The notes beneath the pieces were generated by a model. It searched no databases. It worked only from the letters and a program-made list of their open reading frames with translations, and was not told the origin of the DNA. 58,998 nucleotides of DNA, taken from the NCBI GenBank assembly GCA_964446155.1, contig CAYUNS010000001.1, forward strand, positions 1 through 58,998, in the 5' to 3' direction. The DNA comes from an uncultured Tepidisphaeraceae bacterium. GTDB taxonomy: Bacteria; Planctomycetota; Phycisphaerae; Tepidisphaerales; Tepidisphaeraceae. Positions 18,322 to 27,600 of the stretch are shown one piece after another (position 1 is the stretch's first letter; every line of letters begins with the position of its first letter). A program made the position numbers and the translations under genes.

Positions 18322-18759
18322 TCACCCGTCGCGCCGCTCCCCGGCTTCGGCGGGGGGTTCCATATTTTCGGGTTTCTCCGGGGTTTTTTCGGCATCGGGT
18401 TCAGCGCGTTGTTGGGCCTCCTTTTCCGCCCTGGTGTCGGACTCGGTGCGGGCCTCGGCTTCCTCCTGCGCCTTGACGTCCGATTCGGTGCGTTTCTGAG
18501 CCTCCTCTTCAGCCCTGGCGTCGGATTCGGCGCGAAGCTCGGCCTCTTCCTGCGCCCTGGCATCCGACTTGGCGCGGAACATGGCTTCCTCCTCCGCCTT
18601 GAGGTCCGACTCGGCGCGGGCGTCGGCTTCCTCCTGCGCCTTGACATCCGACTCGGTGCGGGCCTGGGTTTCTTCCTCGGCCATCGCCTGGGCGTTTCCT
18701 CCCGCCGCGCCCAGCAAACACCCCGCAGTCACCACAACAGCAAGTTGAAACATTTTCAT
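18322..18759 (-). CDS. secreted acidic tandem-repeat protein (14-aa R-[TA]-E-S-D-x-[KR]-A-[QE]-E-E-A-x-x repeats)
   Basis: Signal peptide MKMFQLAVVVTAGCLLGAAGGNAQA, then six full 14-aa repeats. This is the only one of the three overlapping ORFs with a signal peptide and protein-like composition. Confidence 0.6.
   Translation of the reverse strand: MKMFQLAVVVTAGCLLGAAGGNAQAMAEEETQARTESDVKAQEEADARAESDLKAEEEAMFRAKSDARAQEEAELRAESDARAEEEAQKRTESDVKAQEEAEARTESDTRAEKEAQQRAEPDAEKTPEKPENMEPPAEAGERRDG
18385..18684 (-). repeat. 42-bp head-to-tail tandem repeat array (six complete copies plus partial flanking copies)
   Basis: Period-42 units such as cctggtgtcggactcggtgcgggcctcggcttcctcctgcgc / cttgacgtccgattcggtgcgtttctgagcctcctcttcagc recur across 18409-18660 with degenerate ends. 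There are no unique spacers, so this is not CRISPR. Confidence 0.85.
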
Positions 18760-19133
18760 CGTGCATCTTCCTTAATCAGGATTCACTCATTGGTTTGAAT
18801 CCGGGTGAATGGTCACAGGTCATACACATTCCGATTGGATACCGGCCAACTCGGACAAGCCTCGTCGCCCGCACGGCGCTTTGTCGACTCCGTCGCGTCG
18901 CGGCACGCCGCCGCCCGTATTTTCTCCACGACGGCATCACGGTCGCGGGCAACCAAAGAACGACAAAAAAACCGGACTTCCAAAGATTTGTACCAGGCGA
19001 TGGCCACCTGGCGGTTATCGGTCATGCCGTTCCCGAACTCCGCCGACAACCACCGATCGCACGAGTGGAAGAATACCCCGGAACAGGGATGTGCCAAGAT
19101 GAATATTATCTTGAAATCATATAAGATTGTCTT

Positions 19134-19967
19134 ATGCGCTCTTATCCTCGCGTTCAAATTCCTACAAATAGCCCCGATCCGCGTCCAATCACGGTTGGTG
19201 AGTTCGTCGCCGATCGTCGAGCCTTGCGGCCTGGCGGGACGCGCGACTGGCTGTTGGTCTATACGCATAGCGGACTGGCCGACGCGATCCATCCCGGAGG
19301 CAAGATCGTGATGACCGGAGGGGACGTGCTGCTGATTGCGCCCCGCACGCCGCAGGACTACGGATCGGCCGAGCCTGGCCATCGCTGGCATCAGATCTGG
19401 GCGCACTTCTACCCCGACCCGGGCATGCTGGACTGGATCGACTGGCCGCAACCTTCACCGGGCATGTATCACGTGCATACCGAGGGCAAGCTCCAGCGTG
19501 AGGTCTTCATGACGTTGCGGCAGATGGTTCGCGCGATGGATGTCGTCCGCCCGCGCCAGGGACAACTGGCGATGAACTCGCTGGAGCGCGCCTTGTTGAT
19601 CGCCGACGCCGCCAATCCCAACCGCGACGCCGCCTATCGCGACGCGCGCATCCGGGCCGCGATCGAACTGGTGATGACCCACCTCCAGGAGCCGCTGCCC
19701 ATTGACCGCCTCGCCGATGCCGCCGGCGTCTCGCGATCGCGGTTTTCGGCATTGTTCAAGAACGCCGTCGGCGTCGCTCCGGCGAGATTCGTCGAGCGTC
19801 AGCGATTGGCCCACGCCAAGCACATGCTGGAAATGTCCGACCTCACGCTGAAGCAAATCGCCCATCAGCTTGGCTTCAGCACGCCATTCTATTTGTCGCT
19901 TCGATTCAAGCAGTTGTTTGGCGTGAGTCCCAGGCAGTACCGGAAAAATGAATTGAAGAAAATATGA
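19134..19967 (+). CDS. AraC family transcriptional regulator (cupin-like sensor + HTH)
   Basis: C-terminal HTH LPIDRLADAAGVSRSRFSALFKNAVGVAPARFVERQRLAHAKHMLEMSDLTLKQIAHQLGFSTPFYLSLRFKQLFGVSPRQYR. Confidence 0.8.
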   Translation: MRSYPRVQIPTNSPDPRPITVGEFVADRRALRPGGTRDWLLVYTHSGLADAIHPGGKIVMTGGDVLLIAPRTPQDYGSAEPGHRWHQIWAHFYPDPGMLDWIDWPQPSPGMYHVHTEGKLQREVFMTLRQMVRAMDVVRPRQGQLAMNSLERALLIADAANPNRDAAYRDARIRAAIELVMTHLQEPLPIDRLADAAGVSRSRFSALFKNAVGVAPARFVERQRLAHAKHMLEMSDLTLKQIAHQLGFSTPFYLSLRFKQLFGVSPRQYRKNELKKI

Positions 19968-20013
19968 CGCCTCGTGGTTGTGGCATGATCGCAACGGGTT
20001 GGGGTGGGGGCGA

Positions 20014-21117
20014 CTAAACGGGCGTTTTGCCGCCGCAGGATTGCCGGATAATCAGCTTCGCGTGCAGGAGGATCTGCCGGCCGGGGAGATGTGGCTCGGC
20101 GAGGCGCTCGATCATCGCCCGTGTGGCGGCCTTGCCGATGTCCTGACAGGGGAGGCGCATCGTGGTGAGCGGCGCGGGGAGGAGCGTGGCATAGTCCACA
20201 TCGTCGAATCCAGCCACCCGAAGATCGTCAGGCACTTTTACGTCCTGATCGGACAGGGTGCGGATCAACATGGCGGCGGTGAGATCGTTGGAGCAAATGA
20301 CCGCATCGGCATGATGCGGGCCTGCGAGGAGTTGCCCGGCGAATCCCGGGTCGGCGGGGTCGCCCACCAGGACGCGGATCTGATCCGAATGTCCGGGGGT
20401 GGGGGCGCGGCGCAAGGCCTCGCGGCAGCCTGCAAGGCGCTGATCGGTCGTGGATGGATATTGTGGTCGGGTGACGAACGCGAGCCGGCGGCAGCCGATG
20501 TGCAGCAGGTGGCGGGCGAGGACGAACCCGGCCGAAAAATTGTCCACGCCGATCAAGTCGAGGTCGCTGCGATAAGGAAATGATTCCAAATCGCGATCCA
20601 GCAGCACCACGGTGATGCCGGCCTCGGTCAGCCGGGCGACAAGCCGCTGGTTGACCGTTTCGCGATCCTCGGGCAATTCAAGGGGAGCGAAGAAGACGCC
20701 GGCGACTTTTCGCTCGATGTATTGTTCACAAATCGCCTCGGCATCGGCGGAGGAGGAACCGTCGGAAAAGGGGTTTCCCCAGAGCATGGCAAATCCATTT
20801 TGCTCGGCGACGCGCGAGATTTCCCGACAGACGGGATCGAGGATTTCAGTCTTTCCCAGCCCGGGAACGAGCAGCCCGAGGAGGCGGGTTGTGGTTGGAG
20901 GCGTCGCGCGGAGATAGGTTCCCGATCCCACCCGGCGCTCCAGCAGCCCCATTTTCTGAAGTTCCATCAGCGCACGCGCGACGGTAGGCCGCGACAGATT
21001 GAATCGACGGACCAATTGCATCTCGCTGGGCAGCCGTCCGGTGCGGGCATATTTCCCCGAACTGATTTCCCGATGAAGAAGATCAAACAATTCGCGATGC
21101 TTGGGGACGCGGCTCAT
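20014..21117 (-). CDS. GntR-family HTH regulator fused to a LacI/PBP1-type sugar-binding domain
   Basis: LPSEMQLVRRFNLSRPTVARALMELQKMGLLERRVGSGTYL (GntR winged helix), then LLGLLVPGLG, ITVVLLDRD, IGVDNF, DAVICSNDLTAAMLIRTL, VPDDLRVAGFDD. Confidence 0.8.
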   Translation of the reverse strand: MSRVPKHRELFDLLHREISSGKYARTGRLPSEMQLVRRFNLSRPTVARALMELQKMGLLERRVGSGTYLRATPPTTTRLLGLLVPGLGKTEILDPVCREISRVAEQNGFAMLWGNPFSDGSSSADAEAICEQYIERKVAGVFFAPLELPEDRETVNQRLVARLTEAGITVVLLDRDLESFPYRSDLDLIGVDNFSAGFVLARHLLHIGCRRLAFVTRPQYPSTTDQRLAGCREALRRAPTPGHSDQIRVLVGDPADPGFAGQLLAGPHHADAVICSNDLTAAMLIRTLSDQDVKVPDDLRVAGFDDVDYATLLPAPLTTMRLPCQDIGKAATRAMIERLAEPHLPGRQILLHAKLIIRQSCGGKTPV

Positions 21118-21137
21118 TGATTCACCTTTGTTTCTTA

Positions 21138-21148
21138 ATATGTCATAT
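21138..21148. promoter_or_regulatory. 11-bp perfect palindrome ATATGTCATAT in the AT-rich divergent promoter region (candidate operator)
   Basis: It lies 20 bp upstream of the regulator start (21117) and about 90-110 bp upstream of the kinase-HAD gene. It sits in the only AT-rich stretch locally. Function is inferred from position only. Confidence 0.25.
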
Positions 21149-21239
21149 CAACTTTTATGCCTGTTTTGAAGATTCCACTTGCCAATAGTTGAAGTGAGGC
21201 CATTATCGTCATGGATGAATGGGCGACAAGCGGTAAGGG

Positions 21240-23159
21240 GTGTTTTGGAAATCTGTAATGACTGATTTAAGCAATCCGACTTGGCTGGAAGACTGTTTGG
21301 AGCAATTGCCGCAAGGGCGGGTGGGGGTGTTTGGGGATTTCGGCCTCGACGCCTACTGGGAAATCGATGAAGGCCGGGAGGAACGCTCGCTGGAAACGGG
21401 GCTTCCGATTCGTCATGTTCGTCGGCAACGATACGACCTGGGCGGGGCGGGGAATGTGGCGGCGAATCTCATGAGCCTGGGGGTGGGGCGCGTCGATGCG
21501 GTGGGCGTCGTTGGGATGGACCCGTTCGGCGATCGGATGTGCCGTCTGCTGGCCGATCGGGGAATCGACACCACCGGCATCGTCCGTTGCAGGGAGGGTT
21601 TTCAGACCATCGTGTATGGCAAACCCATCACCGCGGCCGGGGAAATCAATCGATTCGATTTCGGCACATGCAACGAACTGGCCGCGAGCACGCTCGAACG
21701 CGCGATGAATGAACTGGATCGCATCGCGGGCGCCTGTGATGTCGTGATCCTGAATCAACAGGTCGAGAGTGGCGTGAACACGCCGGAGGCGATTGACCGG
21801 ATCAACGCGATCATCGGCGACCATCCGGCCACGCGGTTCATCGTGGATGCGCGCGACAAGGGGGATCGATATCATGGGTGCATCCTCAAGCTCAATCTCC
21901 AGGAGGCGGTGCGATTCCTCTCGAACGGCGGTGATGAGCGCTGTGGGCAGGACGCGAAAACGATCGCCCGGCGTCTTCATGAAAAGACCGGTCGTCCGGT
22001 TTTCGTCACGCGCGCCGAAGCGGGGATTCTCGTGGCGGATGCGGATCGCGTGCATGAGGTTCCCGGCATTCAGATCATCGATCGGATCGATCCCGTGGGC
22101 GCGGGGGATACGGTCGTCGCGGCATTGGCGGGAGGCATGGCGATCGGGCGGGATCCGGTGACGTGCGCGCAACTGGCCAACCTGGCCGCGTCCATCACCA
22201 TTCGGAAGCTGCGAATGACGGGCACGGCCACGCCGGCGGAGATGCGCGCCGTCGGGGCGATGCCGGACTACATTTACGAACCCGATCTTGCGGCCGATCC
22301 GCGACACGCGAAGATGATCGAGGGAACGGAGTTCGAGATCATCCACGAGCTTCCGCAAACGCTCGGCATCCGTCATGCGATCTTCGACCACGACGGCACA
22401 CTGTCAACGCTGCGCGAAGGATGGGAGAAGATCATGGAGCCGATGATGGTGCGCGCCATTCTCGGCGAGCGGATCGGGGAGGTGTCGAAAGAGACATTTG
22501 ACCGGATCACGGCGATCGCTCGGCGGTTCATCGACCGGACGACGGGGATTCAGACGCTGGTGCAGATGCAGGGGCTTGTGAAGATCGTTCACGAATGCGG
22601 TTACGTTCCGGCGGATCGGATCCTGGACGAAGCGGGGTACAAGCGGGTCTACAACGAGCAATTGTTGGAGATGGTGCGATGGCGGATTCGCAAGCTTGAG
22701 CGCGGGGAGTTGGAGAGCGGTGATTTCCAGATCAGAAATGCGGCCGCCATGCTCAAGGCGTTGCATGCGCGCGGCGTGAAGCTCTATCTTGCCAGCGGAA
22801 CCGATGAGCAGGATGTGGTGGCGGAAGCCCGGGCAATGGGGTATGCCGATCTGTTCGAAGGCCGGATCTTCGGGGCGGTCGGTGATGTCAACGTCGAGGC
22901 GAAGAAAGTCGTGCTCGAGCGGATTATCCGTGAGAATGGATTAAGCGGGCATGAGTTCGTCACGTTCGGCGATGGGCCGGTGGAAATGCGCGAGACGCGC
23001 AAGCGGGGCGGGATATGCGTCGGTCTGTGCAGCGATGAGGTGCGGCGATTCGGCATGAATCCAGCCAAGCGTGGCCGGTTGATTCGCGGCGGCGCGGGAC
23101 TGTTGATTCCCGATTTCAGCCAGCTTCCGCAACTCATGCGGTTGCTTCAGTTGGCTTGA
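21240..23159 (+). CDS. fusion protein: RfaE/HldE domain-I-like PfkB sugar kinase (heptose-7-phosphate kinase-like) + C-terminal HAD-superfamily hydrolase
   Basis: The N-terminal ~330 aa match E. coli HldE domain I by eye (VGVFGDFGLDAYW, LGGAGNVAANLMSLG, DPVGAGDTVVAAL). The C-terminal ~300 aa carry HAD motifs FDHDGTLS (I), LASGT (II) and FGDGPVE (IV). The start is GTG 21240 or ATG 21258. Confidence 0.75.
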   Translation: MFWKSVMTDLSNPTWLEDCLEQLPQGRVGVFGDFGLDAYWEIDEGREERSLETGLPIRHVRRQRYDLGGAGNVAANLMSLGVGRVDAVGVVGMDPFGDRMCRLLADRGIDTTGIVRCREGFQTIVYGKPITAAGEINRFDFGTCNELAASTLERAMNELDRIAGACDVVILNQQVESGVNTPEAIDRINAIIGDHPATRFIVDARDKGDRYHGCILKLNLQEAVRFLSNGGDERCGQDAKTIARRLHEKTGRPVFVTRAEAGILVADADRVHEVPGIQIIDRIDPVGAGDTVVAALAGGMAIGRDPVTCAQLANLAASITIRKLRMTGTATPAEMRAVGAMPDYIYEPDLAADPRHAKMIEGTEFEIIHELPQTLGIRHAIFDHDGTLSTLREGWEKIMEPMMVRAILGERIGEVSKETFDRITAIARRFIDRTTGIQTLVQMQGLVKIVHECGYVPADRILDEAGYKRVYNEQLLEMVRWRIRKLERGELESGDFQIRNAAAMLKALHARGVKLYLASGTDEQDVVAEARAMGYADLFEGRIFGAVGDVNVEAKKVVLERIIRENGLSGHEFVTFGDGPVEMRETRKRGGICVGLCSDEVRRFGMNPAKRGRLIRGGAGLLIPDFSQLPQLMRLLQLA

Positions 23160-23194
23160 GGGAACAATGAATTCAATCGGAGGCAGGGCATCAC

Positions 23195-23689
23195 ATGGCC
23201 ATTGAACATCCTGGAATATTGTCGGTCGAGCAAATGCGTCGAGAGCGGGACCGGCTTGTCGGGGAGGGGAAAAAGCTCGTGTTCACCAACGGTTGCTTCG
23301 ACATCGTGCATCGCGGTCATGTCACGTACCTGACCTTCGCGCGAAACCAGGGCGATGCGCTGGTGGTCGGCGTGAACAGCGACGCATCGGTCAGGACGAA
23401 CAAGGGGGACAAGCGGCCGATCAATTCGCAGGAGGATCGGGCTTATGTTCTGGCGAGCTTGCGTCCGGTCGATTACGTCGTCATCTTTGATCAGAAGGAG
23501 CCGAAGGATCTGATCGCCCGGATTCTTCCCCAGGTGCTGGTCAAGGGAAGGGACTGGGCGCATTATGTCAGCGGTCGCGAGGTGGTCGAGGCCAATGGTG
23601 GGACGGTGGTGCTGGCGGACATGGTGGAAGGGCGGTCCACCACGAATATGATTGATCGAATCGTCGAGGTTTATGGAAAAGGTGGTTGA
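23195..23689 (+). CDS. hldC: D-beta-D-heptose 1-phosphate adenylyltransferase (stand-alone RfaE/HldE domain II)
   Basis: FTNGCFDIVHRGHVTYL, VGVNSDASVRTNKGDKRPIN, VLVKGRDW and GRSTTNMIDRI align closely with E. coli HldE domain II (GCFDILHAGHVSYL ... VNSDAS ... LVKGGDY ... CSTTNII). Confidence 0.85.
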   Translation: MAIEHPGILSVEQMRRERDRLVGEGKKLVFTNGCFDIVHRGHVTYLTFARNQGDALVVGVNSDASVRTNKGDKRPINSQEDRAYVLASLRPVDYVVIFDQKEPKDLIARILPQVLVKGRDWAHYVSGREVVEANGGTVVLADMVEGRSTTNMIDRIVEVYGKGG

Positions 23690-23694
23690 ACCGG

Positions 23695-24660
23695 ATGGGC
23701 AAGCGAATTGTGGTCACGGGCGCGGCGGGGTTCATCGGCCGGAATGTCGTCGCGGAGCTGAACGCGCGCGGGCGGGATGATTTGATCCTCGTCGATCGCC
23801 TCGGCACGGAAAACAAATGGAAGCAGCTCCTGGGACTTGGCTTCGAGGACCTGATCGATCCCGACGAATACCTCGAGCGGGTGCTTGATCGCAAGGCGCC
23901 GGCCGTCGATGCGGTCATCCACCTGGGCGCGTGCAGCGCGACGACGGAGCGCGATGTCGATTTCCTCCTGCGCAACAACTACCGCTACACGCGCGCGCTC
24001 TGCGAGCATTGCCTCGAGACCGGCGCGCGCTTCGTCTATGCCTCCAGCGCGGCGACTTATGGAGACGGAGCGCAGGGCTACAGCGACGACGACATGCTGA
24101 CGCCGAAGCTGCGCCCGTTGAATCCGTATGGCTATTCCAAGCATATTTTCGACTTGTGGGCGTTGAGGCACGGGCTGTTCGATCGGATCGTGGGGCTGAA
24201 ATATTTCAACGTTTTCGGCCCGTATGAAGACCACAAGGGCGACATGCGATCGGTGGTGCAGAAATCGTTTCACCAGATTCGTGAGACGGGAAAGGTGTCG
24301 TTGTTCAGGAGCCACCGGGCGGACTATGGCGATGGAGAGCAGAAGCGGGACTTCATTTACGTCAGGGACGCGGTGGACGTGACGCTGCATTTCATCGAGC
24401 ATCGCGATCGGGGCGGACTGCTTAATTGCGGAACGGGGCAGGCGCGGACCTGGAAGGACCTGGCGCTGGCGGTGTTCGCGGCGATGGGGCGAGAGCCGAG
24501 GATCGAGTTCATCGACATGCCCGAGGCGCTGCGCGGGAAATACCAGTATTTCACGCAGGCGGATGTCGCCAAGCTTCGCAAGGCAGGCTATACAAGACCC
24601 TTCACGACCCTCGAGGAATCGGTCAGGGACTATGTGCATCGCCACCTCGCCCATGAATGA
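23695..24660 (+). CDS. hldD: ADP-L-glycero-D-manno-heptose 6-epimerase
   Basis: ORF 23686..24660 with ATG at 23695. IVVTGAAGFIG, HLGACSATTE, FVYASSAATYG, LNPYGYSK, YFNVFGPYEDHKGDMRSV, KRDFIYVRD and YQYFTQADVAKLRKAGY match E. coli HldD/RfaD throughout. Confidence 0.9.
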   Translation: MGKRIVVTGAAGFIGRNVVAELNARGRDDLILVDRLGTENKWKQLLGLGFEDLIDPDEYLERVLDRKAPAVDAVIHLGACSATTERDVDFLLRNNYRYTRALCEHCLETGARFVYASSAATYGDGAQGYSDDDMLTPKLRPLNPYGYSKHIFDLWALRHGLFDRIVGLKYFNVFGPYEDHKGDMRSVVQKSFHQIRETGKVSLFRSHRADYGDGEQKRDFIYVRDAVDVTLHFIEHRDRGGLLNCGTGQARTWKDLALAVFAAMGREPRIEFIDMPEALRGKYQYFTQADVAKLRKAGYTRPFTTLEESVRDYVHRHLAHE

Positions 24661-27600
24661 TCGCTCACCTCTCCCGCATCGGGGAGAGCCACCGCGGCCG
24701 ATGGGGTTGTCGTTTCCGGCACGGCTCGAAGGCCGCTTTTTCGTGGCCAGCCCATCAAACCATCACAAACAACGGAGTCATCGTGGAAAGAGAAGCGCCC
24801 GTTTATGATCCGAATCTCACCCATTTGCGGGCCGCGCGGTTGCTGGAGGAGGTGATTCGCCCCTCCGTTTACAGCGACCGCCGCCCGCTGGAAGTCGCGG
24901 TGTTTCAGTGCTCCGATCCGATTTCTTATGACGAGGCGATCGGCCGGGAATACAAGCCCGTCGATCTGGGGTTTTGCTGGGGGCCGGTCTGGTCCACCGC
25001 CTGGTTCCGGCTGCGGGGCCGCGTGCCGGTGGAATTCGGCGAGGAATTCCGCCTGCTCTTCGACACGCGCACGGAGGCCCTGTGCTGGTGGGACGGCGCG
25101 CCGTACCAGGGCGTCGAGTTGCATCGCCAGGATGTGAAGCTGCCGTCCGTCGTGCGCGCCGGGGACACGATCGAAGTGTTCATTGAAGCGGCGTGCAATC
25201 ATATGCTGGGCGTCGGTCGGGAATACGGCGATTTCGCCCGCATGGGCGAGTTGTCCTCGACGCAATCCGGCACGCTGACGCTCGCGCATGTGGCTCGTCA
25301 TCATCCCGCGCGAGCGGCGCTGCTGGTGGAATTCGAGTTGCTTCTGGATCTTGCCAGGGACCTGCCGCCCGATTCGCCGCGGGCGCGTCATGTGAACGAG
25401 GCGCTCCGCGACGCGGTGGCGTCGCTGAGGTTCGACCGGATCGATGAAACATTGCCGGCCGTGCGGGCGCGAATCGCCGAGGCGCTGACCACGCCGAATG
25501 CCGGCGATGCGACGGATGCGTACTGCATCGGCAATGCGCATATCGACCTGGCGTGGCTCTGGCCGATCCGGGAGACGAAGCGCAAGGCGTCGCGGACCTT
25601 TTCCACGGTGCTGCGCTACATGGAACGCCATCCCGAGTATTGCTTCCTGCAAAGCCAGGCGCAGTTGTATGAATGGGTGCGGGAGAAGTATCCGGCGTTG
25701 TTCGAGCAGATCAGGGAACGCGTGCGGGAAGGGCGCTGGGAGGCCGGTGGATCAACCTGGGTCGAGCCGGACTGCAACATTCCGTCCGGGGAATCGCTCG
25801 TTCGCCAACTGCTGCTGGGCGCGCGCTATTTTCAGGAGCATTTCGGCGTCAGGCAGAGCTACCTGTGGCAGCCGGACGTGTTTGGATATTCCGCGGCGTT
25901 GCCGCAGATTCTGAAGCTCGCGGAGCTGGATGTCTTCTTTTCGCAGAAGATCAGTTGGAATCAGTACAACAAATTTCCCCATCATTCCTTTCGATGGGCC
26001 GGCATCGACGGGACGGAAGTGGTCAGTCACTTTTTCCCGGCCGACACCTATATCGGGACGAACCTTCCGACGGAGCTGCGACACGGGCAGAAAAACTACC
26101 AGCAGTCGGCCCGCGCGCCGCTCTGGTTGCAGGCGTATGGCTGGGGCGATGGAGGCGGCGGACCGACCGAGGCGATGATCGAGCGCGTCGCCCTTCAGAG
26201 GGACTGCGCCGGTGTCCCGCGAGCACGGCACGGGCGGGCCGATCAGTTCGCGCGCAAACTGCTGGAACATGCCGATGCGCTGCCCAGGTGGGTGGGGGAA
26301 CTCTATCTCGAGCTGCATCGCGGAACCTATACGACGCACGCGCTTGTGAAGAAGCGCAATCGGCTCGGTGAACGCGCGCTCCAGGACCTGGAGATCGTTC
26401 AAAGCCTCTCGATCGTGAACGGCGGGACGAGAGCGGATGAACAAAGGAAGGAAACCGATCGCCTTTGGAAGCTGCTTCTGCTCAACCAGTTTCATGACAT
26501 TCTTCCCGGTTCGTCGATCGGCTGGGTCTACAAGGACGCGCATGAGGACTACGGGCAGGTGCTCGGCGGCGCGCGCAAAATGCTGGAGGAAACGCTGGGC
26601 GCGGGAGCGCCGGACGCCGGCGGGGAGTTGATCGTGCTCAACACTTCCGGGCGGGCACGCGGCGAAACGATCACCCTGCCCTCCGGCGTCAACCCCCGTG
26701 CGTTGCGGGTCTCCGACTCGGAGTCGATCCCGACGCAGGAGGTGACGACGCTCACCGGCGGGCGGGAGCGGATCGCGTTTCTTCCCGCGTTGCCGCCTTT
26801 GGCGACGATCGTCGTCCGCGCCGCCGATGAACAGCCCGGCGAGGCTTCGACACTGGCCGTCGGTGATCTCTGGATCGAGAACGAGCATCTGCGCGCCGAG
26901 CTTGATCCATCCGGCCGGGTGGTGTCGCTGTTCGACAAGCGCACCGGACGTGAGGCGATTCAACCGGGTCGACCGGCGAATCAGTTCGTCCTGTACGAGG
27001 ATTATCCATCCAATCACGATGCGTGGGATGTCGATCTGGGCTATCGCGACAAGCCTGAATCCGTGGACTCGCCGGCGGAGCATCGCATCGTCGAACGCGG
27101 GCCGGTTCGCGCGGCGATCGAGTTCGCCCGCGATTTGGGTCGCGGGAGCAGGCTTGTTCAACATGTTCGGTTGTGCGGCGCCGGCCGGTTCATCGAGTTC
27201 GTGACGCGCGTGACATGGAAGGAATCCCATCGGTTCCTGCGCGTGCTGCATCCGGTGGATGTGCATGGCGATCATGCGACTTATGAGATTCAGTTCGGTC
27301 ATTTGCGCCGGCCGAATCATTTCAATACGTCCTGGGATTACGGGCGATTCGAAGTGCCCGCGCAGCGCTGGATGGACTACAGCGAAACGGATTTCGGCGT
27401 GACGATGATCAACGACTGCAAGTACGGGCACTCCTGTCTCGGCGACGTGATGGGTCTGTCGCTGCTGCGATCGACGAAATCGCCCGATCCCGACGCCGAC
27501 ATGGGCGAGCATGAGTTCCGCTATGCGCTGATGCCGCATGCGGCGTTCGATCCTTCGGAGGCGATCGCGGCGGCGGAGTCGTTCAACCAGCCGCCGGTGG

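Noticed and set aside
18186-18798. ORFs 18186..18647(-), 18295..18798(+) and 18509..18766(-) across the 42-bp repeat array; I also considered a CRISPR array
   Set aside because: Periodic DNA keeps several frames open. Only 18322..18759(-) has a signal peptide and a plausible composition. It is not CRISPR: the repeats are contiguous with no unique spacers, the period is 42 bp, and there are no cas genes.
21267-22391. 374-aa minus-strand ORF
   Set aside because: Antisense shadow of the kinase-HAD gene.
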